This document shows positions 10,726 through 21,744 of a stretch of 64,000 nucleotides of DNA, piece by piece (the stretch's first letter is position 1; every line of letters starts with the position of its first letter). The position numbers were made by a program, and so were the translations under genes. The notes under the pieces are model-generated. The model made no database searches and was not told where the DNA came from. It saw only the letters and a program-made list of their open reading frames with translations. The stretch is taken from contig CAVUSO010000001.1 in the NCBI GenBank assembly GCA_963744145.1, positions 1,998,831-2,062,830 of the forward strand, read 5' to 3'. Source of the DNA: an uncultured cyanobacterium. GTDB lineage: Bacteria; Cyanobacteriota; Cyanobacteriia; Cyanobacteriales; CAWUOF01.

Positions 10726-11712
10726 ATGACATCTGAACAAATCCGCCAACGCTCCGATATATTAGGGACTCAAGTAATTACCCGTGATACGGGTAAGCGA
10801 TTAGGAGTAGTCTCGCAACTGTGGGTAGATATAGATCAGCGAGAGGTGGTCGCGATCGGTTTGCGAGAAAACCTCCTTGCAATGGCCAGTATGCCACGGT
10901 TTATGCTCTTAGCTAATATCCGTCAAATTGGTGATGTCATCCTGGTGGATGATGAAAACGTGATTGAAGATGATGTGGATATAGATGCCTATAGTAGTCT
11001 CATTAATAGTGAGGTGCTCACGGAAAATGGGGAACTGTTAGGACGAGTGCGGGGCTTTAAATTTGACCCAGATGATGGTAAAATAAGTTCTCTGATTTTG
11101 GCGTCTTTAGGTCTACCGCAAATTCCTGATCAAATTATTAGCACCTATGAATTGCCCGTAGAGGAAATTGTTAGCAGTGGTCCCAATCGTTTGATTGTGT
11201 TTGAAGGTTCTCAAGATCGGTTAATGCAATTAACCGTTGGTCTGATGGAACGGATCGGGATTGGTAAACCCCCTTGGGCTCGTGATGAAGAAGATGAGTT
11301 TAATTTCCCTACTACCATCCGTCCCGAAAATCAAATTGGGACGGGAGCGATCGCTCGGAATACCACATCTACTCCGATTCGGACTAATACACCCACCAGT
11401 CAAGAATGGGATGATGATGAATGGGAAGAACCAGTAGCTCCCCCCAGACGTCAAGCTCAACCAGAACCTCTTTATTACGAAGAGGAAGAAGAAGATAATT
11501 GGAGCGAACCAAGAAGGGCAGAATACGAAGAAAGGAGATATATCCCCACAGAACCTTATCGTCCTAAGCAATATGCTCAAGAGTACGATTATGAGGAAAT
11601 TGAAGAAGATGTTTGGGCTGATGATGAATCCCCTAAACCCTATAAACCTCCGACTGTGAATATTCCGGAAAAAAAGAAAGCCCCCGAATATGAAGAGGAA
11701 ACTGGCTATTAA
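10726..11712 (+). CDS. PRC-barrel domain protein with acidic Glu/Asp-rich C-terminal tail
   Basis: Two PRC-barrel-like segments (LGTQVITRDTGKRLGVV..., VLTENGELLGRVRGFKFD), then a low-complexity acidic tail. Confidence 0.6.
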   Translation: MTSEQIRQRSDILGTQVITRDTGKRLGVVSQLWVDIDQREVVAIGLRENLLAMASMPRFMLLANIRQIGDVILVDDENVIEDDVDIDAYSSLINSEVLTENGELLGRVRGFKFDPDDGKISSLILASLGLPQIPDQIISTYELPVEEIVSSGPNRLIVFEGSQDRLMQLTVGLMERIGIGKPPWARDEEDEFNFPTTIRPENQIGTGAIARNTTSTPIRTNTPTSQEWDDDEWEEPVAPPRRQAQPEPLYYEEEEEDNWSEPRRAEYEERRYIPTEPYRPKQYAQEYDYEEIEEDVWADDESPKPYKPPTVNIPEKKKAPEYEEETGY

Positions 11713-11764
11713 TTGGGTCAGAAGTGATCCAGTTGAAATGAGGATGTGGTAAAAAGAAAGCATG

Positions 11765-11788
11765 GCAGGGCGTATGGCCATACGCCCT
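11765..11788. repeat. Perfect 24-bp palindrome CAGGGCGTATGGCCATACGCCCTG downstream of the PRC-barrel gene
   Basis: Read directly from the sequence. Shares the GGCGTATGGC core with the hairpin inside the MITE-like element at 28813..28840. Confidence 0.7.
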
Positions 11789-11906
11789 GAGATTAATGGC
11801 CATTATTTTGGGCTTGATTTCAAAGCAACTATAGTTTAAAGAGGCGATTTCTCTCAAAATAATAATCTCTGCAAAACCATAGCGGATAGCCTAACATTAA
11901 TTAAAC

Positions 11907-13016
11907 ATGGCTTTAGATTGGCAGCAAAATATTTCAATAACCTGGCAAAAAACCTGGGAAATTATTAAACCTTTAGCCTTGGCTATTGCTGGTGGTTTTC
12001 TCTTTAGTTGGCTCAAAATTCCTGTAGCATGGCTAATCGGTCCTCTATTAATGGGGGTTGCTTATTCTGGGATTAGTGGAAATCCTACCCCCTTTCCCTC
12101 TAGCATGAAGGTGATTGGTAAAGCAATTCTTGGTGCTGCCGCTGCCACTGGTTTTTTACCAGAAACATTGATGCGGGTAGAAAATTATGCACTACCTTTG
12201 TTACTGGGCATTATGCTCACTGGTATTCTGTGTATAGGCAGTGGTTACTTGCTATGGCGATGGTCTGCAATTGATATGGTAACCAGTTTTTTAGGCTTCA
12301 TCCCAGGATTATCTTCTACGATTGTGGCGATGAGTGAAGAATTGGGTGCAGATCCGACATCAGTAGCAATGCTTCAATATCTGCGCTTGATAACTGTCAG
12401 CTTAATTGTGCCAATTATAGTTGGATTTGTATCTGAGGATCTGCTAGTAGCTAACCCCGAAACTCTGCTAACTGTTACTACAAATATTTATTCATACTCT
12501 TTGGTTATTAGTTTGTTACTGGTCACAGCTTGCTGTAGTTTAGGAACTTTAGCAGGAAATTGGTTGAAGTTACCTACCAAAGAGTTTTTAGGCTCATTTC
12601 TGCTAGGAATTTGCCTATTTTGGAGCTTACCTAATTACTTTTATGTACCAAAAGCGATATTCATTTTTGGTTTAATTTTGATTGGAGTTTCCTCGGGATT
12701 AAAGTTTGAATTACAAATAGTAACTAAACTTTGGAAAGCTTTATTATTAGAGCTTTTTTTAGTGATTTCACTGATATTATGTTGCCTTGGCATTGGCTAT
12801 GAATTTCATCAAATAACCCATGTTGATCTAATTACATCACTCTTAGCCTTTGTGCCTGGAGGAATGGAAGCAATGATCGCTACAGCTAATCAATTAGGAG
12901 GTGAGCCAGGACTTTTATTAGCTATTAAATTCTCACGGCAGATGCTGATCCTTTTAGCAATCAATCTGTTTCATGTGTTCTTTAAATCAACAAAAACTAT
13001 AGAGTATTTACCATGA
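11907..13016 (+). CDS. AbrB-duplication family membrane protein (putative ammonia monooxygenase-like)
   Basis: Polytopic membrane protein with an internal duplication typical of PF05145-type proteins (AIAGGFLFSWLKIPVAWLIGPLL...). Confidence 0.6.
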   Translation: MALDWQQNISITWQKTWEIIKPLALAIAGGFLFSWLKIPVAWLIGPLLMGVAYSGISGNPTPFPSSMKVIGKAILGAAAATGFLPETLMRVENYALPLLLGIMLTGILCIGSGYLLWRWSAIDMVTSFLGFIPGLSSTIVAMSEELGADPTSVAMLQYLRLITVSLIVPIIVGFVSEDLLVANPETLLTVTTNIYSYSLVISLLLVTACCSLGTLAGNWLKLPTKEFLGSFLLGICLFWSLPNYFYVPKAIFIFGLILIGVSSGLKFELQIVTKLWKALLLELFLVISLILCCLGIGYEFHQITHVDLITSLLAFVPGGMEAMIATANQLGGEPGLLLAIKFSRQMLILLAINLFHVFFKSTKTIEYLP

Positions 13017-13473
13017 AACTCTATTAAGTTAGCACCTTGCCGTTGAGAATGATGTGACTGAGATGGTAATTAATCGTATCATTGATCATGTAGCAGCAGC
13101 TTGTACCGTCGGTAGACACTCAGCCTACCCTTTTATAATTGCCAGTTATGGCTGAAGTTGGTTGACTCGCTTGAAATCTACTCAGTTGGTCAATGGGGAT
13201 CATCCCGAAAACCGACCTATTCGTTCTGTGGGTGTTTGTCCAGAGCGATTTGACTTTTGAGCTGATGAGTTGCATAGTGTCAGTGGATTACTTGGGAGTA
13301 TGGGGGAAGATGTCCCTAATTTTTGATCAAAAAAACTGGGGTTCTTGGTTGATCTATGGTAAAAACCGAGTATTTTGTCAGAAACTCATTTTGTTGTTTT
13401 TGGGAGATTTCTCTAAATATTTTTATATTTTTCGATAAAATTATCCTCTATCCTTTGGTAAATCTGGCAAATT

Positions 13474-15222
13474 TTGGAGATACTTATGACCAGTGAAAAG
13501 AATTTTTGGCAAAATATTGGCTTTATATTTTATTTTATTCCGATTTTAATCTTGATCATTGTTGTGGCTAGGTTTAGTGTAAATTTGCCCCTCATGGAAC
13601 AATGGTTATTAGTACCTTTTTTTGAAAAAGTTGCTAGAGGTGAAACTAATTTTGGTGATTGGTTCACTCAATATAATCAAAACCGTTTGCTGTTTCCACA
13701 ACTAATATTTACAACTTTAGCTTTTATTTCTAGATGGGACATCAAATATGAACTAGGGTTCAATATTTTTCTAGCTAGTTTAACATACTTCGGTCTCTAT
13801 AAAATTGCCTCAAGAACCCAAGGTAATTTAGTGGATGTTGCTCATATCTTAACCAGTATATTCATTTTTTCTTTAGTCCAGTGGCAAAACTGGCTGTGGG
13901 GATGGCAACTATCAACTTTTCTCGTTAATACTTGTTTAGTATTTGCTGTTCTGATTCTGACTGGTGCAAGTAAATTATCTGGAAAAATTAGATTGGCGAT
14001 CGCCGCAATATTATGTTTTATTGCTAGTTTCTCTACCAGCCAAGGATTACTGACTTGGTTAGCTGTAATTCCCGCAATAGTATTGGTTGACGACCAGACA
14101 ACAGCAACTAAAAAGAAAAAATTAACTTGGTGGTTAGGGACATTTTTATTAACCTTAATTATCTATTTTATTGGTTATAAAATTCCGGCAAATTTGAATA
14201 TATGGGCAGGAATAAAAGACCCGTTTTCTAGCTTAATTTATTTCTTAGCTCTTTTAGGTTCACCTTTATTATCCTTGGGCAAAAGTTATGGAGAAGCGGC
14301 TTTTTTTGGATTTATCATCTTACTAACTTTGGTCAATATTACGTTATATTTTCATCGAAACTTTCGGTCAAAATTTTCCCATTTGCTACCTTGGATTTGT
14401 TTAGGACTATTTTCCCTAGTATTTTCCCTATTGACAACCTTGTTTAGAGGTGATGTTGATCTTAGTCAGGTAATGGATTCAAAATATACAACTAATAATA
14501 TTTTTCTGCTCGTTGCTTTTGTGCAAATCTCCCGTCTATTTATTGGTCTATATCCAGATAAAAGAATAGTCGTTGCTAAGAGTTTTTATATTTTTTTTGC
14601 GACGATCATTACCACAATAGTGGTCGCTAATTCTTGGTTGACTATCACCTATATAAAAAATGATCAGTTAACTCGAGAAGCGGGAAAAAATTGTTTAGAA
14701 ATTGTGAATTTATTTACAGAAAATCCCGATGAATCTTTGCAAAATTCTTTCAAAAATATTATGCCAGCACCTGAAAAATTTAAGCAAAATGCCACAATCC
14801 TGAAAAAACTCAAGTTTCACAAATTTCTAAGTAAAATTGAGTTAATCGACAATCCTCCTCAAGGTCACGGATTTTTGGATATTAATGTCAGCCATCAGAA
14901 AGTTTTAGTAGTTGAAAACAATAATAAACCCATTCCTTTAGGTGGATGGGCTGTATTACCAGATAATCCTCATAATCCAAATCTAGTAGTATTTTCTGAT
15001 CACGACAATAAACCTTTTTTTGCGATCGCTTTGATTACACTGGATCGACCGGATGTAGCGAAAGCGTTGGGTTCAAATCGATTTACGAAATCGGGTTGGG
15101 GTGTGTCGGTATTACCAAAATATTTACCCAAGGGAGAGTCAACCATCAAAGCTTGGGTCTATGACCAAGATCACCACAATTTTGTCAAATTAGTTGATGA
15201 GCAAAAAGTAGTGATCAAATAA
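13474..15222 (+). CDS. Polytopic membrane protein, possibly a GT-C-type glycosyltransferase, with a soluble C-terminal domain
   Basis: About ten predicted TM helices in the N-terminal 400 aa, then a hydrophilic roughly 180-aa C-terminus. No definitive motif. Confidence 0.35.
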   Translation: MEILMTSEKNFWQNIGFIFYFIPILILIIVVARFSVNLPLMEQWLLVPFFEKVARGETNFGDWFTQYNQNRLLFPQLIFTTLAFISRWDIKYELGFNIFLASLTYFGLYKIASRTQGNLVDVAHILTSIFIFSLVQWQNWLWGWQLSTFLVNTCLVFAVLILTGASKLSGKIRLAIAAILCFIASFSTSQGLLTWLAVIPAIVLVDDQTTATKKKKLTWWLGTFLLTLIIYFIGYKIPANLNIWAGIKDPFSSLIYFLALLGSPLLSLGKSYGEAAFFGFIILLTLVNITLYFHRNFRSKFSHLLPWICLGLFSLVFSLLTTLFRGDVDLSQVMDSKYTTNNIFLLVAFVQISRLFIGLYPDKRIVVAKSFYIFFATIITTIVVANSWLTITYIKNDQLTREAGKNCLEIVNLFTENPDESLQNSFKNIMPAPEKFKQNATILKKLKFHKFLSKIELIDNPPQGHGFLDINVSHQKVLVVENNNKPIPLGGWAVLPDNPHNPNLVVFSDHDNKPFFAIALITLDRPDVAKALGSNRFTKSGWGVSVLPKYLPKGESTIKAWVYDQDHHNFVKLVDEQKVVIK

Positions 15223-15264
15223 TCGCGGGAAACTAGGAACTGAGGATTTTTGACCTTTTTTGGG

Positions 15265-15296
15265 GATCAGTCATGGGTCAAAAGAGCAACTGACCC
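15265..15296. terminator. Bidirectional terminator-like hairpin between convergent genes (11-bp stem GTCATGGGTCA / TGACCCATGAC)
   Basis: Perfect 11-bp inverted repeat with a 10-nt loop. It lies between the 3' end of the 13474..15222 gene and the 3' end of the small minus-strand ORF 15312..15455. Confidence 0.5.
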
Positions 15297-15311
15297 ATGA
15301 CATCGATCAGT

Positions 15312-15455
15312 CTAACCTACAGCATAAGCGGTGGTAACTCCCCACCACAGGAGAAAAGCAATGGCACCTAAGATCAGGACAGCTGAAATCGCGATCGCAA
15401 CTGGGTGATCAGCTCCCTTAAATTTCATAATCCCACGATCTAAATCTGATGTCAT
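15312..15455 (-). CDS. Small single-pass membrane protein (47 aa), hypothetical
   Basis: ORF MTSDLDRGIMKFKGADHPVAIAISAVLILGAIAFLLWWGVTTAYAVG is below the 60-aa cutoff of the ORF track. It has one hydrophobic helix, sits between terminator-like and promoter-like regions, and does not overlap other genes. Confidence 0.35.
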   Translation of the reverse strand: MTSDLDRGIMKFKGADHPVAIAISAVLILGAIAFLLWWGVTTAYAVG

Positions 15456-15621
15456 AATTTTGCACTCCGTGGATTTCCAAAAATGGGCATTGTGAATCGA
15501 TTAACCTCGCTAGATTCTAAACGAAAAAAAAAATCTTGGTAGTAAGTTAGCCTACCAATAGCATTTATCAATGGACATAATGTAATATAAATAAGAAACT
15601 CTATTATAAATCCTACCATAC

Positions 15622-16956
15622 ATGGCCAACAAGCCAACGATCGCGATTACTCACCTAGGTTGTGAGAAGAACCGGATTGATACAGAACACATCCTGGGTC
15701 TACTTGTCCAAGCAGGCTATCAAGTGGATAGCAACGAAGAATTAGCCGATTATGTAATTGTCAATACTTGTAGCTTTATTCAAGCAGCCCGCGAAGAATC
15801 AGTCCGCACCTTAGTAGAATTAGCAGAAGCTCAGAAAAAAATAGTCATCACGGGCTGTATGGCCCAGCACTTCCAACAACAATTGCTTGATGAAATCCCA
15901 GAAGCAGTGGCAGTAGTCGGCACAGGAGACTATCATCAAATAGTTAAGGTGATGGCACAGGTAGAAACGGGCGATCGGGTGACCTTAGTTTCCCCTGAAC
16001 CTACCTATATTGCTGACGAAACTACACCTCGTTATCGTACTACACCAGAGGCGGTTGCTTATGTCAGAATTGCCGAAGGTTGCGATTATCGTTGTGCCTT
16101 TTGTATTATTCCCCATTTGCGAGGAAATCAGCGATCGCGTCCCATTGAATCAATCGTTGCAGAAGCCGAACAATTAGCGGCTGAAGGTGTAAAAGAAATT
16201 ATCTTAATTTCTCAAATTACGACCAATTATGGTAAAGATATTTACGGCGAACCCAAATTAGCCGAACTTTTACAAGCTCTAGGTAAAGTTGATTTACCTT
16301 GGATTCGGATGCACTACGCCTATCCTACGGGCTTAACGCCAAAAGTAATCGAGGCAATTCAAGAAACACCTAATATTTTGCCTTACTTAGATCTGCCCTT
16401 GCAACACTCCCATCCAGAAATTCTCCGGGCGATGAATCGACCATTTCAAGCAGGCGTAAACGATAATATCATTGAACGGATTAAAACTGCCATCCCTGAA
16501 GCTGTCTTACGGACAACTTTTATTGTCGGTTTCCCTGGTGAAACCGAAGAACACGCAGCACATTTATTAGAATTTGTCAAGCGCCACGAATTTGATCACG
16601 TTGGAGTATTTACATTTTCCACCGAAGAAGGAACTCCTGCCTATAGTTTACCCAATCAATTACCCCAAGAGGTGATGGATGAGCGACGGGAAGCGGTGAT
16701 GGCAGCCCAGCAACCGATTTCGTTAAAAAATAATCAAAAATCGGTAGGTAAGGTGGTGGATGTATTGCTAGAACAGGAAAATCCCGAGACAGGGGTATTA
16801 ATTGGGCGATCGGCTCGGTTTTCTCCTGATGTAGATGGGTTGGTGTATGTTGAGGGGGATGCTACTTTAGGTTCGATCGTACCTGTAACTATTACTGATG
16901 CTGATGTGTATGACCTTTATGGTAAGGTAGCAACTTGTGCAGGGAACAAATTCTAA
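15622..16956 (+). CDS. rimO: Ribosomal protein S12 methylthiotransferase RimO (radical SAM, MiaB family)
   Basis: MTTase N-terminal domain with Cys (HLGCEKN, NTCSF), radical-SAM CxxxCxxC (CDYRCAFC) and a C-terminal TRAM domain. Confidence 0.85.
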   Translation: MANKPTIAITHLGCEKNRIDTEHILGLLVQAGYQVDSNEELADYVIVNTCSFIQAAREESVRTLVELAEAQKKIVITGCMAQHFQQQLLDEIPEAVAVVGTGDYHQIVKVMAQVETGDRVTLVSPEPTYIADETTPRYRTTPEAVAYVRIAEGCDYRCAFCIIPHLRGNQRSRPIESIVAEAEQLAAEGVKEIILISQITTNYGKDIYGEPKLAELLQALGKVDLPWIRMHYAYPTGLTPKVIEAIQETPNILPYLDLPLQHSHPEILRAMNRPFQAGVNDNIIERIKTAIPEAVLRTTFIVGFPGETEEHAAHLLEFVKRHEFDHVGVFTFSTEEGTPAYSLPNQLPQEVMDERREAVMAAQQPISLKNNQKSVGKVVDVLLEQENPETGVLIGRSARFSPDVDGLVYVEGDATLGSIVPVTITDADVYDLYGKVATCAGNKF

Positions 16957-17014
16957 TATATTGAATTATCATAAATTATACTGATAGTATATTCCAGGTA
17001 TAAGGGGAAATACT

Positions 17015-17632
17015 ATGACTCAAACTGTCGTACTTGTTCCTGGGATTGGATTCGGTGGTGCTGAGTTATTTTTTCTAGCTTGGTGTCTGCGACAGCAGGG
17101 ATATTTAGTCAAAATCTTCTGGAAAAATCCCTGGAGATGTTCTCTGTCAGCTAGTGCTGATGCACTTTACTCAATGTTAATGACACAGCAAATCGAGAAA
17201 ATACATTTAGTTGCCCATAGTTTAGGAGGTTTTGTCGTCCTCCAATTGTTGCAGGATTATCCACACCTGTCTGTAACAAGGATTATATTTTTAGGGGTTC
17301 CACTAGCTGGATGTTTAGCAGCACAGCGTGTTTCCCGTATTCCCGGTGGGCATTGGTTAATTGGTCAAGCATTGGGTTCTATCTGTTGGCACCCAAATCT
17401 ACCTTTTCCGTCTCAAGTTGAGGTAGGAGCGATCGCGGGCAAAGTCAATTTTTTGCTTGGGTTTATTTTATGTCCAGGTAAACAAAATGATACACTTGTT
17501 TGTGTTGAAGAGACTGATCATCTAGATTTGAAATCTCATTGTGTGCTTTCAGTATCCCATACCAGTATGCTATTTTCCCAGCAAGTGAGTGATTACGTCA
17601 AGCGTTTTCTCGATCGAGGAACGTTTGTTTAA
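17015..17632 (+). CDS. Alpha/beta hydrolase fold protein
   Basis: Nucleophile elbow HSLGG (LVAHSLGGFVV). Small lipase/esterase-like. Confidence 0.6.
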   Translation: MTQTVVLVPGIGFGGAELFFLAWCLRQQGYLVKIFWKNPWRCSLSASADALYSMLMTQQIEKIHLVAHSLGGFVVLQLLQDYPHLSVTRIIFLGVPLAGCLAAQRVSRIPGGHWLIGQALGSICWHPNLPFPSQVEVGAIAGKVNFLLGFILCPGKQNDTLVCVEETDHLDLKSHCVLSVSHTSMLFSQQVSDYVKRFLDRGTFV

Positions 17633-17635
17633 ACT

Positions 17636-18367
17636 TTAATCAATTTGGCAAAATTCTTGAATAGCTTGCCAAATTTCCGCTCTGATATTATCCAAGGTGT
17701 GGTTACTGTGAAACTCGATTAAATTAACCCAGGGGCGATCGCGGGCAAAGTCTCGACTAGCTTGAATCGGAATAACTTCATCTTCTTTACCATGAATAAT
17801 CAGGGTAGGGAGTGATCGCGTCAATTCTTGGTCTGAATATTTTTGCAAATCTAGCAGAAAGTTGTAATGTAATGGTAATTCTTGCTGTTCTCCATAATGG
17901 TAGGTATTGATATATTTCTGAGATTGCCATTGACGGATATTTTCTGCTCCGAGTATAGGCAAAAAATGAGATAGAAATTGAAAAGCTGGTGCTAGCAAAA
18001 CTATTTTCTGTACTTGTAAATGACGCTGTGCTAGCCATGCTGAGGTTAAGCCCCCAAAGCTAGAGCCAATTAAAATAACTGGTGCTGGATCTGGGGAAAA
18101 CTCTGCTTCTACTTGTTGGAGTTGACGACTAAGAGTCAAGTGGGAAAAGTCACCAGCATTCAGATCAGGAATTTTTAGTGGAATTGAGAGATTGGTAAAG
18201 CGATCGCGTAAATACTGAGCTTTATTTGACTGAGGACTCGAAGCAAACCCGTGCAAATATATATAGTTAGGCGATTTTGATATTATGTTCAAAGTAGATG
18301 CTCCTGTAATTCTATTATTATGGGGTGGGGCAGTTATACTTAAGGGAAAAATTCTACATGAAAACAC
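17636..18367 (-). CDS. Esterase YqiA-like (UPF0227 alpha/beta hydrolase); true start probably downstream of the called Met
   Basis: YLHGFASSP N-terminal motif and GSSFGG nucleophile elbow. The called 5' extension overlaps the divergent neighbour and is likely non-coding. Confidence 0.65.
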   Translation of the reverse strand: MFSCRIFPLSITAPPHNNRITGASTLNIISKSPNYIYLHGFASSPQSNKAQYLRDRFTNLSIPLKIPDLNAGDFSHLTLSRQLQQVEAEFSPDPAPVILIGSSFGGLTSAWLAQRHLQVQKIVLLAPAFQFLSHFLPILGAENIRQWQSQKYINTYHYGEQQELPLHYNFLLDLQKYSDQELTRSLPTLIIHGKEDEVIPIQASRDFARDRPWVNLIEFHSNHTLDNIRAEIWQAIQEFCQID

Positions 18368-19321
18368 GCAGACTTGGTAATTCAGATATCCACATTACTC
18401 CAATCATTATGGGGACTTGGCAAGCTGGTAAAAATATGTGGGTAGGTATTGAGGATACGGACACGATCAAAGCGTTAAAAGCTGCGTTTGATGCAGGAAT
18501 CACCACTTTTGATACAGCTGAGGTATATGGTAATGGACATTCAGAGCAAATAGTCGGTGAAGCATTGGCCCCAGTACGCGATCGCGTTGTCTATGCTACT
18601 AAAGTTTTTGCCAATCATCTCCAATATCAACAAGTAATTGAAGCTTGCGATCGGTCTTTGCAAAACTTAAAAACCGACTACATTGACCTCTATCAAATCC
18701 ATTGGGCCATCGGGGTCATTTAATAGCGCAATTGTGCCGATCGCCGAAACAATGTCAGCTCTCAATTATTTAAAGCAACAGGGAAAAATTCGAGCGATCG
18801 GCGTTTCTAATTTTTCTGGTCAACAGCTAGCTGAAGCATCTCAGTATGGACAAATTGATAGCTTACAACCACCATTTTCCTTATTTTGGCGATTTGTGGA
18901 AAAAGACGCTCTCCCTTACTGCATCGCCAATAATATCTCAATTATTGCTTATTCTCCTTTAGCACAAGGATTATTAACCGGTAAATTCGGTCCTGATCAC
19001 CAATTTGCCGCAGGTGATCATCGTGCTAAAAATAAATTATTTGCTGACAAAGGAAATTACCAACGGGTACAGATCGCTCTAGAGAAACTGAAACCGATCG
19101 CAGCACAGCATCAGGTAAGTTTAGCTCAATTAGCCTTAGCTTGGTTAATTGCCCAGCCCCAAACCAGTGCGATCGCTGGAGCTCGTCATGTTGAACAAGT
19201 CTTAGACAATGCTAAAGCTGGGGAAATTGTTTTAGACCAGAGCCAATTGGAAGAAATTGACACCATTGGTCGGATTGTTACGGATCATTTAGACGCAAAC
19301 CCTGTATTGTGGGATTTTTAA
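18358..19321 (+). pseudogene. Aldo/keto reductase disrupted by a +1 frameshift (extra G in a G-run near 18706)
   Basis: The N-terminal part (18358..18723) ends IHWAIGVI*. The downstream part (from 18683, frame +2) continues SGSFNSAIVPIAETMSAL...KIRAIGVSNF. Removing one G from ATTCATTGGGCC restores IHWPSG...PIAETM, the canonical AKR motif. Confidence 0.75.
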
Positions 19322-19352
19322 CCAGCAGTAGCTAATAATTTGATGATTATAA

Positions 19353-21596
19353 CCCACATTCCGCACCCTGAACTGTCACAATTCGTAATTACTGAAATAA
19401 ACCTCTATCAAAGCTGAAATTTTGGCCCACTATCGTCAAAAAAGAGGTTTTTAAACCTTGATGGTCAGGTCATCAATCTCTAGTTTATTAATAATTATTA
19501 GCAATAAGTAGAAAATGAGGATTTCGGCCCGTTTTTTCAATAAATTTTGGTGTTGACTAGCTCTCTTAACTCAGTTTTGTTAGTTAATAACTGAACAATC
19601 TCTAGTTAAGATAGGTTAATTCTTAGCTCTTAATTAAATTCAAGAACTCATTCAAGCTAAATATATTTATGCTATATTAGCAAGAGGATTAAGTGATAAA
19701 TTTATAGTAGCGCCGACAATCTTCTGGTAGCAGGGTCAGGATAAATTCACGTTCATTACTCCAATTAGATACTTGTTGTTGTTGTTGAAATGTGACCAGG
19801 TGAATTGCTTGAAAGCATTGAAATATCCATTTAGCTGTTGGACGGTCTGTTGCTTTCCCTAACTGATTTTTTATGGTTGATTTTGCTGCTGATAAAGCGG
19901 CTCGTATTTGTCTTTGTGCTAGGGTATAAACCAGTAAACCTAGCCCCATAATTGCTGCTAATGATTCGATGCGTTCGGGACTTTTCAGATAAACACTATC
20001 TGCAAAAAATGTGGGATCTTTAAGAAAACCAAATCCTCTTTCACAGGATTGCTGTGCCTTATACTCAGTCAGCATTGCCTCATTACTAATTTCGCTTTCT
20101 GCTAAAACGTTCGTCGCAATTATGAATCTACCTGCACTGTTAGTTTCTTGTTCAATTTGGCTTTTATCCTCGGTAAAACTGCCGAGAATTTGATAACACT
20201 TTTTTTGACTTTTATCTAATTTATCTGGTCTGATTTCCCTGACTTCTTTTGGTTCAATTTGATGATATTTAAAGGATTTCGATAGGTGAGTTAATGCCTT
20301 GACTGCATCAGCTTTACAGGCAAATCTATCTTGGGATAATTTTCCTAATTCGCTGTTCAGTTTGGTGGCGGATTTACTAATTTTCTGTGATAATTTCCGT
20401 AAATCTGATTCTCTTCTTTCTTGACTTTCCACAACTAGCCATCTTTGCTTTATCCCACCATAAGTCTGCTCTTTTGCCGCCCATGAATATCCAACTAATT
20501 TGCTTTTAGTAAATTCTGAATCTGGCAAATTTGCTACTAATTCTTGGGCTAATTTTATCTTTAACGGTACTCGGCTTAACCACTTAATTTCCGACATTAA
20601 TTTGAGATTATCTTCTGTATATAAGGCACAATCAGCTACGATTAAACTATCTACTTTTATTTGATTTTTATAATCAATTGCTATCTTCGCAAAGCATGAT
20701 GAGTCGGCTTGATTTCCTGACGCTGCTTTTAAAAATATTGGGATATCTCCATCCCCGGTACATACTAATTCTATTAAAAATTGTTTTAAATCAGGTCTAT
20801 GGTCACGGGAATAACCGTAATTTATTTTGATTGGTTGTCGCGATTTTATTTGGGGCTCTCCTTGGTATGACAATTCTGGCTGACTAAATATTATCTCTGG
20901 TAATTCTTGATGATATTCCCCATGTACGTGAATTGACGATGAGTCTAGATGGGATGTATTTAAAGATATATCAAACTTTTTAACTGCATTTAAAGTAATT
21001 GCTAAAAATATTGTATCCAGTCCTTTACTATATAGTTTATCCATCACTCTTCCCAGTTTATCGTCATTTAAATATTCGGGCTTTACCCCGGCTCCTATTA
21101 AATGTTCACAGGGAATTGATTCAAAAAATTTCGGAAACATATATAATGGTTTAGAAATAAATCCTAACCCATTGATAATCATTGCTTTAACTGCTTGTCC
21201 AGCAGTAACTTTTTCTCCCGATTCTATCCCGATTAAATTATTAATTATTTCTACTATTCCAATCGTATCTACTATTCCTGCTACTAACCCCAGATGGTCG
21301 ATATTCTGAATTTTAATATCGTTTATGTCTACCATAGTTACCCAATTTAACGAGCCAATTTTTGGTTCAATTATCGCATTTTTAGGCTCGATTGCAATTA
21401 ATTTTTTTACTCTTTCATTTTCCGGACTTCTGCTACGGTTAATCTCTCAATAACCCAGGACCTCTTTCTGCTCATAAATCTAGTTTAATAAAATTTATTC
21501 TCATTAATCTCATTTATGATCTTTTTGAGCCAACTTTCTTCGTCCCCAATTTTTACCCTTTTATTAAGATGTGCCAGTGAGGGTGCGGAATGTGGG
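19353..21596 (-). mobile_element. IS1634/IS4-like insertion sequence, copy 1 (2244 bp) with terminal inverted repeats CCCACATTCCGCACCCT and 6-bp TSD TTATAA
   Basis: Terminal inverted repeats at 19353 and 21596. Flanks are gatTATAA|ccc and ggg|TTATAAcg. Carries the intact 548-aa transposase (19689..21335). Confidence 0.85.
19689..21335 (-). CDS. DDE transposase (IS4 superfamily, IS1634-like)
   Basis: 548 aa. N-terminal IQNIDHLGLVAGIVDTIGIVEIIN...NDDKLGRVMDKLY region characteristic of IS1634-type transposases. Near-identical (frameshifted) copy at 41158..42806. Divergent paralog at 36281..37921. Confidence 0.8.
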   Translation of the reverse strand: MVDINDIKIQNIDHLGLVAGIVDTIGIVEIINNLIGIESGEKVTAGQAVKAMIINGLGFISKPLYMFPKFFESIPCEHLIGAGVKPEYLNDDKLGRVMDKLYSKGLDTIFLAITLNAVKKFDISLNTSHLDSSSIHVHGEYHQELPEIIFSQPELSYQGEPQIKSRQPIKINYGYSRDHRPDLKQFLIELVCTGDGDIPIFLKAASGNQADSSCFAKIAIDYKNQIKVDSLIVADCALYTEDNLKLMSEIKWLSRVPLKIKLAQELVANLPDSEFTKSKLVGYSWAAKEQTYGGIKQRWLVVESQERRESDLRKLSQKISKSATKLNSELGKLSQDRFACKADAVKALTHLSKSFKYHQIEPKEVREIRPDKLDKSQKKCYQILGSFTEDKSQIEQETNSAGRFIIATNVLAESEISNEAMLTEYKAQQSCERGFGFLKDPTFFADSVYLKSPERIESLAAIMGLGLLVYTLAQRQIRAALSAAKSTIKNQLGKATDRPTAKWIFQCFQAIHLVTFQQQQQVSNWSNEREFILTLLPEDCRRYYKFIT

Positions 21597-21744
21597 TTAT
21601 AACGAAATAAGAAGCTATTTAAAATTTTATTGCTAACCGACTTAATTGGGGAAATTGTGCGTTATTATTAATATACAAGAAAAAGCCAAGTAAATCTCTC
21701 TTCTTGAAAATCAAAGTAACCTAAATAATTTTGAGGTAATTGCT

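Noticed and set aside
13017-13473. Possible riboswitch or leader upstream of the membrane glycosyltransferase-like gene (and the 81-aa ORF 13193..13438)
   Set aside because: No recognisable riboswitch consensus (B12 box, glycine, TPP and similar) was found. The ORF has odd composition and no start context.
20011-20193. 60-aa antisense ORFs inside the IS1634-like transposase genes (also 42302..42484)
   Set aside because: They are embedded antisense within a well-supported transposase CDS and are duplicated only because the IS is duplicated. No independent signal.
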